Under the pieces are notes generated by a model. That model was not told the DNA's origin. It searched no databases and worked only from the letters and a program-made list of their open reading frames with translations. A DNA stretch of 64,000 nt from Macrostomum lignano. Taxonomy: Eukaryota. Both the position numbers and the translations under genes were made by a program. Of the stretch, positions 36,338 through 51,000 are shown one piece after another (position 1 is the first letter of the stretch; the number at the start of each line of letters is the position of its first letter). Location: positions 350,416 to 414,415 of the forward strand of contig NIVC01000225.1 of assembly GCA_002269645.1 (NCBI GenBank), read 5' to 3'.

Positions 36338-39300
36338 ATATCATACATTCTGTTTCGCCTTTTATCCCTTCACTTCGATCCATGTCTTTATGCTACTGTT
36401 AATTGCGTAACGACAAACTTGGAGATCAAAGGATTTTTGTTATAGTTTAGAGTTTTGAATTGATTGTAACAAATTTGCACGAGAGTAGAAATAATCAATT
36501 AAAAACTGTATTCTTACTAGTAAAGCTAACAGTTTTGCGTTTAATTGCTATGCTTTTTTTCGTTTCGATTGATACCTGTGGTGTTTATGTAATTACAGTT
36601 ATTTTTTATTTGATAAATTTAACAGATACTCAATATCGAAGTTATTTAATTAAATAGACTGTCATGTACTTATTGAGCTGTTGAGCATATCGTCAATGAT
36701 ATTGCCCGTGGTGCTAACCCGCTAGCAATGGTATTCACTAATGTAATATGTAGAAGAAGTAACTGATAAAGTGTAATGCACTCACTGTACATGTGTATGC
36801 ACTTGTGAGGAATAATTATTGTAGGATAAGTCAACTGCTCAAATTGAATTTATTTGCTGTGTTGTTAAAAGCGGCTTAGTCTAATTTACATAATCTTGCC
36901 ATCTAATCGTTCAGAAATTTCTTGCATAAATAGGAACAGTCAAGACATGCAATTGTCGGCTTTTTGTTTCTAAAATTTGAAAATGCTATTAGGGTATTTT
37001 TCTGCCCTATTATATACTGGCTACTTTAAAAACAACTATCGAATTCGTGAGTTTTTATAATTTTAGCTACACTATTAATGACTAACACTCATACATGTAG
37101 TTTATTGATTTTTTGTCTAAACATCCGCTACCTATCTATATAAAGTTCAGACGATTGCCGAGTTTATTATATTGCTTTGTAACTGCATTGCATGTGCGCT
37201 GTCAGTTTTTAAGACAGTTGTTTTAGTTCACTTTATTTTTCCCTTCAGTTAATAAGCTGCAGATAATTAATAAATACATGCATACTTACGCGAGCCAATT
37301 AAGCATTAGTCAAGAGTTTGCTTTACTTGCTAGTTGTAAGTCTCAATAATTATATTTCGCGTTAGTCAGTTCTTGTAATTTTTTAAACAGTTTTAAGCCT
37401 TAATCAAAGAACAGAATCGAAAATACTCGCTCACCGGAGTAAAATAAAAAAACGCAATTTAACGTGTACATGTAATGTATCCTTACGACTACGAGCTCTT
37501 ATTCAAAGCTGATATTGCGCAACAGCAACAGTTAAATCGTTAAATTTACGATTTTGTTAAATGAACTGACGCATTTCTTAAAGAATTCAATTTTTCATAT
37601 TTTCTTTCGTCAGTGCATTTCTTTAATTGACTGACATTACCACATGAATTTTCCAACCCAGATGACGGACTTGACTAGCAAATTTTGTTCCGACTGCTAC
37701 AGATAAAGGCCTGCATTAAAAATATTACGAGTGATTCGTTGGTGTCCACTGTATTAAAGATTTGACATTCTATATAATGACAGGCGTATTCTCTGATTAC
37801 CCGATATTAGTTTTTAACCCGTCGAAAACGATTCCTTCAAGCCGGCAATAGCAAGAAAAAACAAATGAAATTATAGTTATGCACATTTATTATGTAAAGT
37901 AAAACAGATGAACCAAAATTCAAAAGATTTATTTTTTAATTCTAAGTAATTTATATTATGCAAATAATATTATATCAAACACTTAATATGTTCTAAGAAA
38001 TCACTCTCATCATCACGGCTGACTAATTCGAGTTCGAATCGAGTTGATTGAGTATATTGTGGGTCGTTCTCAAAGCTAGGTCACAACTTTTTGTTATTGC
38101 AAAAAAAGTTTATACATCGACCAATAATCGTACAAAAAAATTCTTTTGACAATTTCTGTAAGAAGCTGCTACTAAAACCACAAGAAAACTTGAAATTGAG
38201 AAGAAATCAAGGCTATTTGTTATTCTTTGTTGCGGAAAATAAACGACAAAAATATTAGAGAAAATAAAATTTTCTTCCATTTTTATTTTAAATATGCAGT
38301 TAAATTTCTTTTGCAAAAATAAAAGAACAAGAAATTGACAAAGGAAATGTTTTTGAGCACAGCATTTTGTTACTCTGCTCTAAATCCCAGACATTTAAAA
38401 TTATCGTGTGCGAAAAAGTGCGAAATTATTATAGCATGCACTCGAAAGAACTTCGATCAGTTTAACTAATCACTGAATTGAGAAGTCTAAATAAGTCTTG
38501 AAAGGTTGAATTAAAAATCAAGTTTTCACTATGTATCTTTTCAAAGGCAAGATGATTCGACAAATAAAGAATGTTCATTTTTACCTTGAATAGAATTGTT
38601 CATTTTTACATTAAATATAATAAAATCTAACTAATAATAGAAAAAGTCAGGGAACTATCCTTGAGCACCAAAAAGCACATTGTGGATTTAATATCGACTG
38701 CATGTTCCTTAATAAAGGAATTCAGATACTAGTATATATTTGATTATTTGTAGCATAATTTCTGAAAACTATAACTTGCTTGATTTTACTTTAAGTACTC
38801 ATTACATTAATACTTATACCAAAGCTACATGTACTTAAAATAAAAAATCATAGTTACTTATTAGACATTTTACTCCAATTAACTTAAAATAATTCAAATT
38901 TATTTTAATTAATTCATTTTTTGAAACTTTTTGGAAAATAGACAAAATTGAATTATTTAATTACCAAAAACCTACTAGCTTAACTAAAATAGCAATTAGT
39001 CTTTAAGAAAAGATTTCACTTGTTAATTGAGAAAAATGAGGATGTGCGAGGTGTAAAAATGCGAAAGAGCATGCAGGAAACAGAGACAAACAAAAATGTA
39101 GGTAAAAGACACTGCACATGCACATAATATGATAACCAGACATAATGCGCACACTGAAACACCGTAGCAATGACGCCCAAGCTTTTGATGATCACAAGCG
39201 AAAAGGCAAAACCCAGCCATCAATCAAAGAAGTAGACTATAGCACGCATCTTGAGTGCATCACGCATTTTTTGCAGAGAAGCTCGAAAATTAACATTGTA

Positions 39301-42209
39301 TTCTGTGCACAACCACCAACTGCGACAGGGTCTGCCGGGGGATTTGTGGGCACGCGGTCGCGGATACAAATCGGAGGAGTCGCTGACCATTCTGAAATTA
39401 CTAGCTAGTACATGTAATTTTGTGTATTAATATATTTAGCCCGCTTTATTTCTATGCTCTCGTCTGCCTCTCGTTAATGCATCCTTAGACTCATGCAATA
39501 ATCAAACTTATGATCGAACTATGCATGGCTTCCGTCCCTCGCTTTGAATCTCTCACCTCCCCATAGTTCCATCAACCTTACCGTAGTGGCTTCCTATGCA
39601 AAAATCATCCCTCCGCATCTTACACAGGCTACTTCAGGCTGTAGACTGTACTACACTATTAATTAGTTGCGCTAAGGAATCTACATGTATTTGCTCGCAG
39701 CGCAGCGCGCTGCTCAAAGAAGTTTAGATCTGTCTAGATATTCTAGTAATTTCAGGTTTGTCCATAGACTAGAGCTCATGAGATGAGAATTCCATTAACT
39801 AGTACGTTTAATGTGAATGAACTGCGTGTGTGTGTGCTGTGCATACATATGTATAATATACGAGTAGTTTATGGGCCAAATTATTGTGTGGCACAATTCT
39901 TGGCATCACTCAGCAGGCACAAGATGCAGTTAAGCAGCGCACGAAAATTCTACAAAAGAAATTGAGCCTGGTTGAGGTGATGCGAGGAGGCAGATCCACA
40001 CAATCTCAGTGAATACACCAGACTGCACCAGATACGAGTCCAGTCGAATGTGCGCACTGGTCTAAGCAGCACACGCATGTCCTCCTGACAATGACGGCAC
40101 CTAGCTTCGTCCAAGCCTTTGCCAGCGTCACTGACAGCGTCAATACTACCATGCAGTGCCACCTGCAGCACCGACAACGGCAATTCCTCCAGTTAGCCTA
40201 CAACAGTGGCTAAACTGAGGGACAGGGAACCTACCCGCAGAAGACACACACATACACACACAGCACCGGCAGCAGCACTCTGACAGCATAACCTAAAGCT
40301 CCATGAGCTCAGTTTTCAAGCATTGAAGAAGCAGAAGCAGTCATCTTGGATCCAGGGATCAGGAAGAGTGTTGCATGTCCGACATGTGCTGTTTCCGTGG
40401 CAAAAGGTGATGGAGCAAATTAATCAACACTTACTATCTAGCTCGTATTAAGACTAAAAAACTGAGGCAAGCTGGGATTAAACCAAAGAAAATTTTTTAC
40501 TATACTTTTTTACCATATACTTTTACTATACTTCTATAGTATAGTAGAGAGGTACTCTATTTAAATGCAGTAAGAAGTGAAACAAATTTATATATTTAAT
40601 TATTAAATTAAATTAATTCAAGGTAAATAACTAATTTAACCAATTTATTAGGAGTATTTAATATTATAATAAATTGATTTTTATACCTTACACGAAATAA
40701 GCTCTACATTCATTTCTTAGCTTGGGGCCCATCTGTATAAGGTCAGTTTCTTCAAAATGCTGATTAATTAATTAAGGCCTGTTGTCTTTACTTAAATTTA
40801 TAAGGGCATCTTAGAAGTTAATATTACTATATAATACATGTATAATATTATTACTATATTATAATAATATAGTTGCAATTTTAATGACTATTGAATAAGT
40901 CTAAATGCTTCCCCTATTGACTCTAAATACATGGTATCTTTCCCTTCAGAAAAAATTAGCATAGAATGACTTGATGAAAACAAAAAAAATCATTTCGAGA
41001 TACACATTTGCTGATCATTCAGGTCAAATTTCAAGGTCCAGTTTTGCACATGTTTCTCTGTAGCTTGGTTACAAGGATTCTAATAAAAATATAATAAATA
41101 TGTCCAATGAACTAACTGATACATAGCCAAATTGAAGTATTTTCAAAAACAAAAAAAATCATTTGCTCAGTTTACTTTACTGGATATCTGTGTAAAATTT
41201 CAGCTCAAAAGGTGCTCCATGGAGAATGCTAGTGTGGTTACAGGATATTTATTTTGTGCTTCAAAGTAGGAGTTTATTGCGATGCATGGTTGCTTTTAAT
41301 TATTTTTTATCAACAATAGTGCTCTATTTCATAACAATCTTTTACAAAAAGATATTAAGACATGTTTTTCTAATTATCTGCATCAAAATGTATCATTTTA
41401 AGCGCATATTCTAGACGTCAGCTGAAAAATACATTTTGTGAGACGCAAAGAGGCTATCCCACCGGAAATGCTAGGCGTACAGTTAAGCGTCTATAAAATC
41501 ATTTATAGTGCAGTTTATTAAGCTTTAAAAAAATCTTAAATTAAATTTATATAAGCTTTCATTTTAAATGTAATATAGCAAGTTTTCAACTCAACAACAA
41601 CTTTTTTTAGCTACAGACATCATAGTGTCAAAAATTAGGACATCGGTGAAGTGATTGAATTTGAATTTTTTCATCACCTAATATCGCCTAATACCGCAAG
41701 ACAACTTAAAACACTTTTGCAACATAAATTTCAACCCAAAAATTATCTTTATTCACAGATGAAAGTGTCCTATTATTTTCAATACGGCAGTAACAATAGT
41801 AAATGTTCCGAAAATTGTTAAAATTTTCGCTCCTCCCAGAATTTGAGAACGACCCTTGTGATTGTAAACCCCAGCTGTCAGTGTAGTCAGCGTATTCGAA
41901 GTATTACTTTTGAAATTATTAAGAACACTCGGAATTGAATAGAACATTTTCATTTAACTTTTATCTTTGTAAACCGAGTATAGTGATGAAAAACTTTTAT
42001 TCAGAAAAATTTATGTAGAACCTAGCTGCCAGTGTAGTGTCTTAACTCGGAATTTGATTTTCTTTGTCTCGTATTGTAGCATTTGTAGGCACATGCCTAG
42101 GCCCTAGCCTAGTAGACGTACAGGCTGTTTTGGTTTGACTTTAGAACTTTCTTCAGTTCACAAACCTGAAAGCTGGCAAAAGTAGATTATCATTTAATAA
42201 CACAGAAAC

Positions 42210-44929
42210 ATGGCGAACATTTCCCCTGTGTATAGTGTTTCCCTTGCTATTAAGCAAGAAATCCAACGCTTCGAAAGTGTTCATCCTAGTATTTATGCCA
42301 TTTATGATTTGATTGAAGCAATAGATGATCGTGAACTACAAGACAGTATTCGTGATCATGTTGTTTGCATTGAAGGTAAGCTGAAGTTGAGGTTTTATAT
42401 AAGTTGCTATATTTTTGTTTTTTTGTTTTACTCCTCAACTTTACACAGTATATAATTGTAAAGGACTTCAGTGAGATGCACAGTAATTATGACAAAGTTG
42501 AAATGTCAAAAGACCATTTTCCTAATATTTTAAAACTATAGAATAGATTAGCTATAAGTATAACTATAAGTATTGCAAAGAAAAACAGATAATAAATTAG
42601 AAATTTGGCCTATTTTATAAAACTTCTTGGCACTTGTTATTTTAACAGTAACTAAAATAAATAAATACTGGTTTTATATATTTTAGAACTTATAGCTAGG
42701 TATCACATTTGACTAGCCACAAATCTATCCTTTTAAAGGCAAGTAAATTGCATTTTTAAGAACCCTGTGTACTTTGCATTATTAGGCCTAAAAGTATGAG
42801 CCTAAAATCCATGAGTTAGTTTAAACTTATTGGTCCCAGGTCAATTCGGTGACAAGACATTTCGGTGACAACAACTTCGGTGACAACTTGGGATGTTTCG
42901 GTGACACCAGTGGTCAATTCGGTGACAAGCTTTTTAGACTTGATTTGACTATTTTTCGTTGTTAAATATTAATATATATAAGCTGTTAATATAAACTCTT
43001 ATTAAAGTAATAAAGGTTCGTATGCTATCTGCAATTATCATTTTGTTCGAGTGCGTTTCGAGGCATAACATTTACAGCGCGCACTTAATTTTATCCCTAC
43101 TTTTAATTTTTCAACCCAAGTCAACGACAATTGATTATTAGATTTTTTGTACTATATCTACATGTACATGTATTGTAGATGTACATGTACGTCTTAAAAG
43201 CCATTGAATGAGTTCAGAAAACAACTGTATATCTATAGCGTAGCTTATGACTGTACATGTTTTTATGTGCTAATTCAGGGACTATAAGGCAAGGGGCGCC
43301 AATAGGGGCGGACATACCCGCGGATAGAGCTTGATAGAACTTATTGAGCCCCCAAAAACCTAAGTTTGCACCCTTTAAACTAGATTTTTCGCCTCCTACA
43401 CGCATTTTTTGCACCCCTAGCTTTAAAATTGGCACCCCTCATACTCATGAATTATTGGCGCCCAAAACTTGGACCAACGCCCCGGCCCCCTTCGGCCCCC
43501 AAATGAAATTCTAGATCCGCTACTGTATGTGGGTCACTGGTCAAATCGTCATATTCCATTTCGTCATATCGGATGACAAAGTGACCAGAAGCAAAGTAGC
43601 TTTGAAAAATAATATGACGAAGTGACCAAATATTTAGTTATGCTGGATACTTCGTCATCAAACCAATCAATCTGTGTGAGATTCGAGTTAGTGTAAACTA
43701 TTTTTGTCTTTATTAACTATAAGCTGCGGCAAGCAGAATCGATCGATCAACAGGTTCTATCAATCGAGATGTCAAAATGACTGGGATGATTAGGATTCCA
43801 TGTAAATATGTTTAATTGCCACATCAATTCACTTGGAAGTTGGAACTGGTGGATGACGAAATGACTCTCTTGAGGTAGTGCATGCAAATCAAGATGACGA
43901 AGTGACCCTAGTCGAGGTGGACACCCCAGACACCCCAGATGACAAAATGGCAGATGACGAAGTGACTAGGAACCTGTATGTGCGCCTCACAGAGTATAGA
44001 TTATGGGTGAGTTGGCTTGAAATTTATCATATAATTAATTTTGGCGCTTATTGACAAAGCTGTACTGTGAACTTATGGTTGTGGCGATCGTGACCATGTT
44101 AACATAAACACATGTGTACAAATGTAAAGTCATACAAAACTTGGTCTTCTACATTTAGTAAATGAATAACACTTATTTGTTCATTCAGTAACACAGTTAA
44201 GTGAATGTGATAATTATACTATACAAGCTGTTGAAACCTGCGGATTTTGAACCCGGGGAATTCCAATACCCGGAACTACTTTTGCATGTATTCTGAAATC
44301 TAAGGCCATACACAAACAAAAACTTGTTAATAGTTAGTAGGATAGAGGTAGACATAAAATGGAGCACATTCGAGTAAAATTAGGGTTTGAGACATTGTTG
44401 GCTGGGGTACTGCGCAGAATGTCAAGCAATGTCTGTATGACTCTAAAACATATTGCTAAACTCTGGCCTCTCCCTGACTCTCCCTATGTCCCTTGGATCC
44501 TTTAAAATTTCTATCGTCTCTTCTGTTTCCTCTCATCTCTCTCGTCCCTCGTCTCTCCTCTCTCCTCTCTCCTCTCTCCCCTCTTCTCTCGTATCTTCCC
44601 TCATCTCTCTTCTCTTTCATCTCTCTTATCTCATCTCTTGTCTCTTCTTTTCTCTCTCCTCTCCTCTCTCCTCTCTACTTTTTCGTTTTCTCTCTCCTCT
44701 CCTCTCTCCTCTCTCCCCTTCTCCTCTCTCCTCTCACCCCCTCTTCTCTCTGATCTTCATTCTCCTTTCTATTCTTTTCTCTCTTCTCTTAACTCTCTCC
44801 TCTACTCTCTCATCTCTCCCCTCTTCTCTCGCCTCTTCCCTCACCTCTTTTTCTCTCTCGTCTTTGCTCTCTCATCTTTCCTTTCTCTTATCTTATCTCT
44901 CTTATCTCTTCTCATTTCTCTCTACTCCC

Positions 44930-45002
<73 letters not shown>

Positions 45003-48000
45003 GTCTTTCTCTCTTATCTCTGCTCCTCTCTCTACTCTCTCCCCTCTCCTTTCTCCTCTTTCCTCTCCTCTCTCCTCACTCACTTCTCTACCTTTGTCTC
45101 TCCTCTCTCCATAATTATTTTTATTTACCTTACCTATTTATTTCGCCATTTATTTTTGCAATTTTTATTCTACACTTAAAGGTCGTCTAGGCCCAATTGT
45201 ACAGTTTTAGCCACCCCCCGCTTTTCTCATAGTCTCGGACTCGTTTTAATGTACTGACCATGCGCACTGTTTTAAGTGCTTGAGCACATCAATTTATCGA
45301 TCGTCTCTCCCTGGCGATATCGCCTTTATATATTGACGGCAATTCGCGCCAAATAAACTTCACTCGCTTGCAGCCCTGACGAAGAAATTTGATTTCGAAA
45401 TATCGGCTACTCAATTTAAATTGACTTTTTTCAGTCCTTTCTGACTTTCTACCGTGTCAGTGCCCGAGATTGGAGGCGCCCTCCTCTCTCTCTCTCTCTC
45501 TCCCTCTCTCTTCTCTGTCTTTCTCTCTTATCTCTGCTCCTCTCTCTACTCTCTCCCCTCTCCTTTCTCCTCTTTCCTCTCCTCTCTCCTCACTCACTTC
45601 TCTACCTTTGTCTCTCCTCTCTCCTCTCGTCTCTGTAACCTCTCCTCTGTTCTCTCTACTCTCCCATCTTTTATCTGTTCACTCTCGTCTCTGCTCTCTC
45701 ATCCCCCTCTTTAATCTGGCATCTCTGTCTACGCAATCGAAATTCTGTGATATTGTGATATTCTATTGGTTAAAACGCCATCACATTACGTGTATATTGC
45801 GCATGCGTCCTATATCAATACTTGTACAGAAGCAATTGAACGCAAGACCCATATAGCTACCAGTCGGCGCACTATATATTTACTCTTTAACACTCAAGAA
45901 TATCGACTTAATATCTTCTCTGCATCTAAAAAGCAACTAGCTAGCTAAAGAATACCAGCTCAATTGTCTGATGGAAGTCGAAGAAGACGTCTGTCCAGCG
46001 TGTGTCAGAGCAGTAACTGACGAGGAGCCTGCATTAAATTGTGACAAGTGCAAACATTGGTTCCATCGACTGTGTTTGACTGGTAAGTTTATGCCCTATA
46101 TTCTGCATTCCATCAACTTAGTGTGTATTCACTCTTAAAATGGAAGAGGAGAAAGAGGGTAGAGGGGGAGAAGGTAGAGGAGAGAGTGAAGAGGAAAAGA
46201 GGGTAGGGGAGAGAATGTGGGGAGAGAGGGTAGAGGGGGGGAAGGTAGAGGAGAGAGTGAAGAGGAAAAGAGAGTAGGGAGAGAAGGTGGGGAGAGGAGG
46301 TAGAGAGGAGAGAGGGTATGTGGAGAGATGATAAATGGCTGAAATTGTTTTTGCTTTTTATTTTAGGAGCATCGTTCATTTCTGCTGCACAGTATAAGAA
46401 ATTGATGAAGAAGAGTTCTTTTTCTTGGTGCTGCATGATCTGCACTACTCAGGAGGTACATAGAGAGCGATGCTGAGGTTGAAGTTGCTGCTGCCGGTGG
46501 TGATGAGGTAGAGAGCGATGCCGAAATCGAAGTTGCTGCTGCCGGTGGTGATGAGGTAGAGAGCGATGCCGAAATCAAAGTTGCTGCTGCTGGTGGTGAT
46601 GAGGTAGAGAGCGATGCCGAAATCGAAGTTGCTGCTGCCGGTGGTGATGAGGTAGAGAGCGATGCCGAAATCGAAGTTGCTGCTGCCGGTGGTGATGAGG
46701 TAGAGAGCGATGCCGAAATCGAAGTTGCTGCAGATATACAGTTGTTTTCTGAACTCGTTCAATGGCTTTTAAGATGTACATGTACATCTACAATACATGT
46801 ACATGTAGATGTAGTACAAAAAATCTAATAATCAATTGTCGTTGACTTGGGTTGAAAAATTAGAAGTAGGGATAAAATTAAGTGCGCGCTGTAAATGTTA
46901 TGCCTCGAAACGCACTCGAACAAAATGATAATTGCAGATAGCATACGAACCTTTATTACTTTAATAAGAGTTTATATTAACAGCTTATATATATTAATAT
47001 TTAACAACAAAAAATAGTCAAATCAAGTCTAAAAAGCTTGTCACCGAATTGACCACTGGTGTCACCGAAACGTCCCAAGTTGTCACCGAAGTTGTTGTCA
47101 CCAAAATGTCTTGTCACCAAATTGACCTGGGACCAAACTTATTATGCAAATAAAATATATAAAGACAAATATTGAGTAGTCCATGATAAGAAAATTATTT
47201 ATAAGGTTTTTATTTTAGTTACTATGTGGCATGTAAATAACACTAGGAATAATTACATAATACTATGCAAATAACAATTGCCAAACTTCTTTCATAGTTT
47301 CAAAGGCTCCTATTAAGGCTATAGTTGACAGTTTTTTGTCTGCTATTAGTTTGTTTAATACTCTTTTGTTTGCAAAAATACAATGCAATCATATGTGTAG
47401 GTTTCCCAACAAATATTCTCCTAATAGATATTTTTTCCTTGGAACCAATAATGCAAACAAAAAATTAATTGATGTTTTGGCATATACTCTATTTTAACCC
47501 ATAGTTTTGAACACTCTGAATGCACTATAGACTAAAATCTCCTACAATTTATTTGGTGCGCCAGTGTATACCAATTTTTTTCAACCCAAAAAACAGGGCT
47601 CATTATAAGCTCCTATTTTGTCATATTTTGAGTCTTTTTCTAAATATTAATGTGCCATCACTACCATGTGTAATAAACATTAAGTCACTTTTCTCTATTT
47701 ACTGGTATTTGTCTTTTATTAGCATTAGCACCCATTTTTGATTCATACATCTTGTTTATAGAAATTTTACATTAGAAACTAGCCAAAAGTCCACAAAAAT
47801 TGGAAAAAAACTATTTTTTTGCTTGACAAAATCATTAACATTGTTAAAAGCGTATTTATTTATTCAAAAAATGAATTATCCAATGAAGAATATCATCCTT
47901 TAAATTTTATCTGAAGAGTTTAGTATTTAAAGCAATTTTAGATGATAAAAAAATTTTTCTTTTCCACACTTCCCTAACTTTTAATCAATCAATATAAACT

Positions 48001-51000
48001 GGTAATTGTTTATGTAGAAAAATATATGTGCAGTGAATCTCTCTTTATGCTAAGCACCATTTTATTGATGAGAAATTATAACTCATATTTCAGACTCATT
48101 TGTTAATAGCCAAGAATGGACTCTGAGTCGCAATGTTCCAGAACTGAAGCTGGTAAGCTTTCTGGACTCATGTATTTGAGTAATTTTATCCTTTGTTAAC
48201 TTTTAAACATAGCAATAAGTAATTTCATAACTTTTTTAACTTTTCAAACTATTTGTAGGGAGTTATTGGCTCCGTCCACTCTGGCAAGTCGGCACTGGTG
48301 CACCGGTATTTAACTGGCTCCTATATGCAGGACGAGTCGCCTGAGGGTAAAATATAACCTATTATTGTGCCTAATTAAGTTTTGCTATCTAACTTTGTTC
48401 TTTACCGCCCCCTATAGTGATCTAGTGCTCCACTTCTGTGGTCCTTTCATCAATCTATCAACTTCTGTGTGCATTCTCTATCAATCTATCCACTTCTGTG
48501 TGCATTCTTTATCAATCTATTCACTTCTATGTACATTCTCTATCAATCTATCCACTTCTGTGTGCATTCTCTATCAATCTATCCACTTCTGTGTGCATTC
48601 TTTATCAATCTATCCACTTCTGTGTGCATTCTTTATCAATCTATCCACTTCTGTGTGCATTCTTTATCAATCTATCCACTTCTGTGTGCATTCTTTATCA
48701 ATCTATTCACTTCTGTGTACATTCTCTATCAATCTATCCACTTCTGCGTACATTCTCTATCAATTTATCCACTTCTATGTGCATTCTCTATCAATCTATT
48801 CACTTCTGTGTGCATTCTCTATCAATCTATTCACTTCTGTGTGCATTCTCTATCAATCTATCCACTTCTGTGTGCATTCTCTATCAATTTATCCACTTCT
48901 ATGTGCATTCTCTATCAATCTATTCACTTCTGTGTGCATTCTCTATCAATCTATCCACTTCTGCGTACATTCTCTATCAATCTATTCACTTCTGTGTACA
49001 TTCTTTATCAATCTATTCACTTCTGTGTACATTCTCCATCAATCTATCCACTTCTGTGTGCATTCTCTATCAATCTATCCGCTTCTGTGTGCATTCTTTA
49101 TCAATCTATCCACTTCTGTGTGCATTCTCTATCAATCTATCCACTTCTGTGTGCATTCTTTATCAATCTATCCACTTCTGTGTGCATTCTCTATCAATCT
49201 ATCCACTTCTGTGTGCATTCTCTATCAATCTATCCACTTCTGTGTGCATTCCCTATCAATCTATCCACTTCTGCGTACATTATCGATCTATCCACTTGTG
49301 TACATTCTCTATCAATCACTTCTGCGTACATTATCGATCTATCCACTTGTGTACATTCTCTATCCATCTATCCACTTGTGTACATTCTCTATCAATCTAT
49401 CCGCTTCTGTGTGCATTCTTTATCAATCTATCCACTTCTGTGTGCATTCTCTATCAATCTATCCACTTCTGCGTACATTATCAATCTATCCACTTGTGTA
49501 CATTCTCTATCAATCTATCCACTTCTGTGTGAATTCTCTATCAGTCTATTCACTTCTGTGTACCTTCTGTATCGATTTATCCACTTCTGTCTACCTCTTA
49601 TCAATCTATCCACTTACAATTTTAATGTCTGCTATCAATGTTGCCCACCACCCTTTAATCTGTTATCATTCTTACCTTTTCACTCTGGTCTCCATTGATA
49701 ACTGGAGATCTATATACTGTTTAAAATATCCAAATTATAATGTCACGGATTGTACATACTTTAGCCTTAATAATTTAGGTGCTGCACATCAGCTACAGCT
49801 TCTATTTAGACCGAGAAAGTCAGCAAATTTTCAGTGTGCAAAAATTATAGTTAAACTATTTTGGCAGTAGGTTTGAAGCTAATGTTTATAATCAGGCGTT
49901 CACTGCACTGCCTTAATATATGCTTGCTCGTTTAAATTCTGTAAACACTTCTGCCTCCGGTCGCGTTACTCCGCTCTCTCCGCTCTGCCTTGAGCGATTT
50001 CTATTTGAAAATTCTTAACAGCATTTTTGCTTTTTGTCTTCTACACAGCGTGACTAAAGCAAACCTTTTGCCAATAGCATTAATTATTCTGCTGCATACG
50101 CTGACAGGCAAAGCTGTTTCTTGTACTACATTTGTTAACTATAAGAGTAACACGTTTTTCTTGTTTAAATTTGCGGTTAATTACCTTGCAACTCAACTAG
50201 AGCTATACTTCTGAACTTTCTGGACTCGGAACAGTTCACTCTGTTCAAACAGTTCAAACGGAACAGTTCAAACAGTTCACTCCAGGATTTCTCAATTCTC
50301 AAAAAGTTCACTCCGAGATTTCTCAATTCTCTAAAAGTTCACTCCAGGATTTCTCAATTCTCAAAAAGTTCACTCCAAGATTTCTAAATTCTCAAAAAGT
50401 TCACTCCAGGATTTCTAAATTCTCTAAAAGTCCCCTCCAGGATTTCTAAATTCTCAAAAAGTTCACTCCAGGATTTCTCAATTCTCAAAAAGTTCACTCC
50501 AGGATTTCTCAGCTCAAAAAGTTCACTCCAGGATTTCTCAATTCTCAAAAAGTTCACTCCGAGATTTCTCAATTCTCTAAAAGTTCACTCCAGGATTTCT
50601 AAATTCTCTAAAAGTCCCCTCCAGGATTTCTAAATTCTCAAAAAGTTCACTCCAGGATTTCTCAATTCTCAAAAAGTTCACTCCAGGATTTCTCAGCTCA
50701 AAAAGTTCACTCCAGGATTTCTCAATTCTCAAAAAGTTCACTCCGAGATTTCTCAATTCTCTAAAAGTTCACTCCAGGATTTCTCAATTCTCTAAAAGTC
50801 CACTCCAGGATTTCTCAATTCTCAAAAAGTTCACTCCAAGATTTCTAAATTCTCAAAAAGTTCACTCCAGGATTTCTCAATTCTCTAAAAGTTCACTCCA
50901 AGATTTCTAAAATCTCAAAAAGTTCACTCCAGGATTTTTCAATTCTCAAAAAGTTCATCCCAGGATTTCTCGATTCTCAAAAAGTTCACTCTGAGATTTC

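Larger units (their letters stand above)
42832..47134 (+). mobile_element. MULE (Phantom-like) internal-deletion derivative in AGAP intron 1
   Basis: 403-bp near-identical TIRs (42832-43234, 46732-47134) with tandem TTCGGTGACAA subrepeats; 9-bp TSD AAACTTATT at 42823-42831 and 47135-47143. Confidence 0.93.

Noticed and set aside
38018-38045. B-box-like GAGTTCGAATC
   Set aside because: No A box or cloverleaf nearby.
40322-40423. CPTCAVSVAKGDG resembling part of an IBR/RING finger
   Set aside because: Too short, ends in a stop, no further Cys/His ligands or splice support.
45315-45405. Hammerhead-like core CTGACGA...GAAA with a plausible stem III (CGATA-TC / TATCG)
   Set aside because: Stem I cannot form (GCC faces GCC), and stem II needs an extra unpaired A after the core; likely chance.
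48365-49870. Long ORFs of 364-501 aa
   Set aside because: Translations of a stop-free 31-bp minisatellite; open in all three frames.
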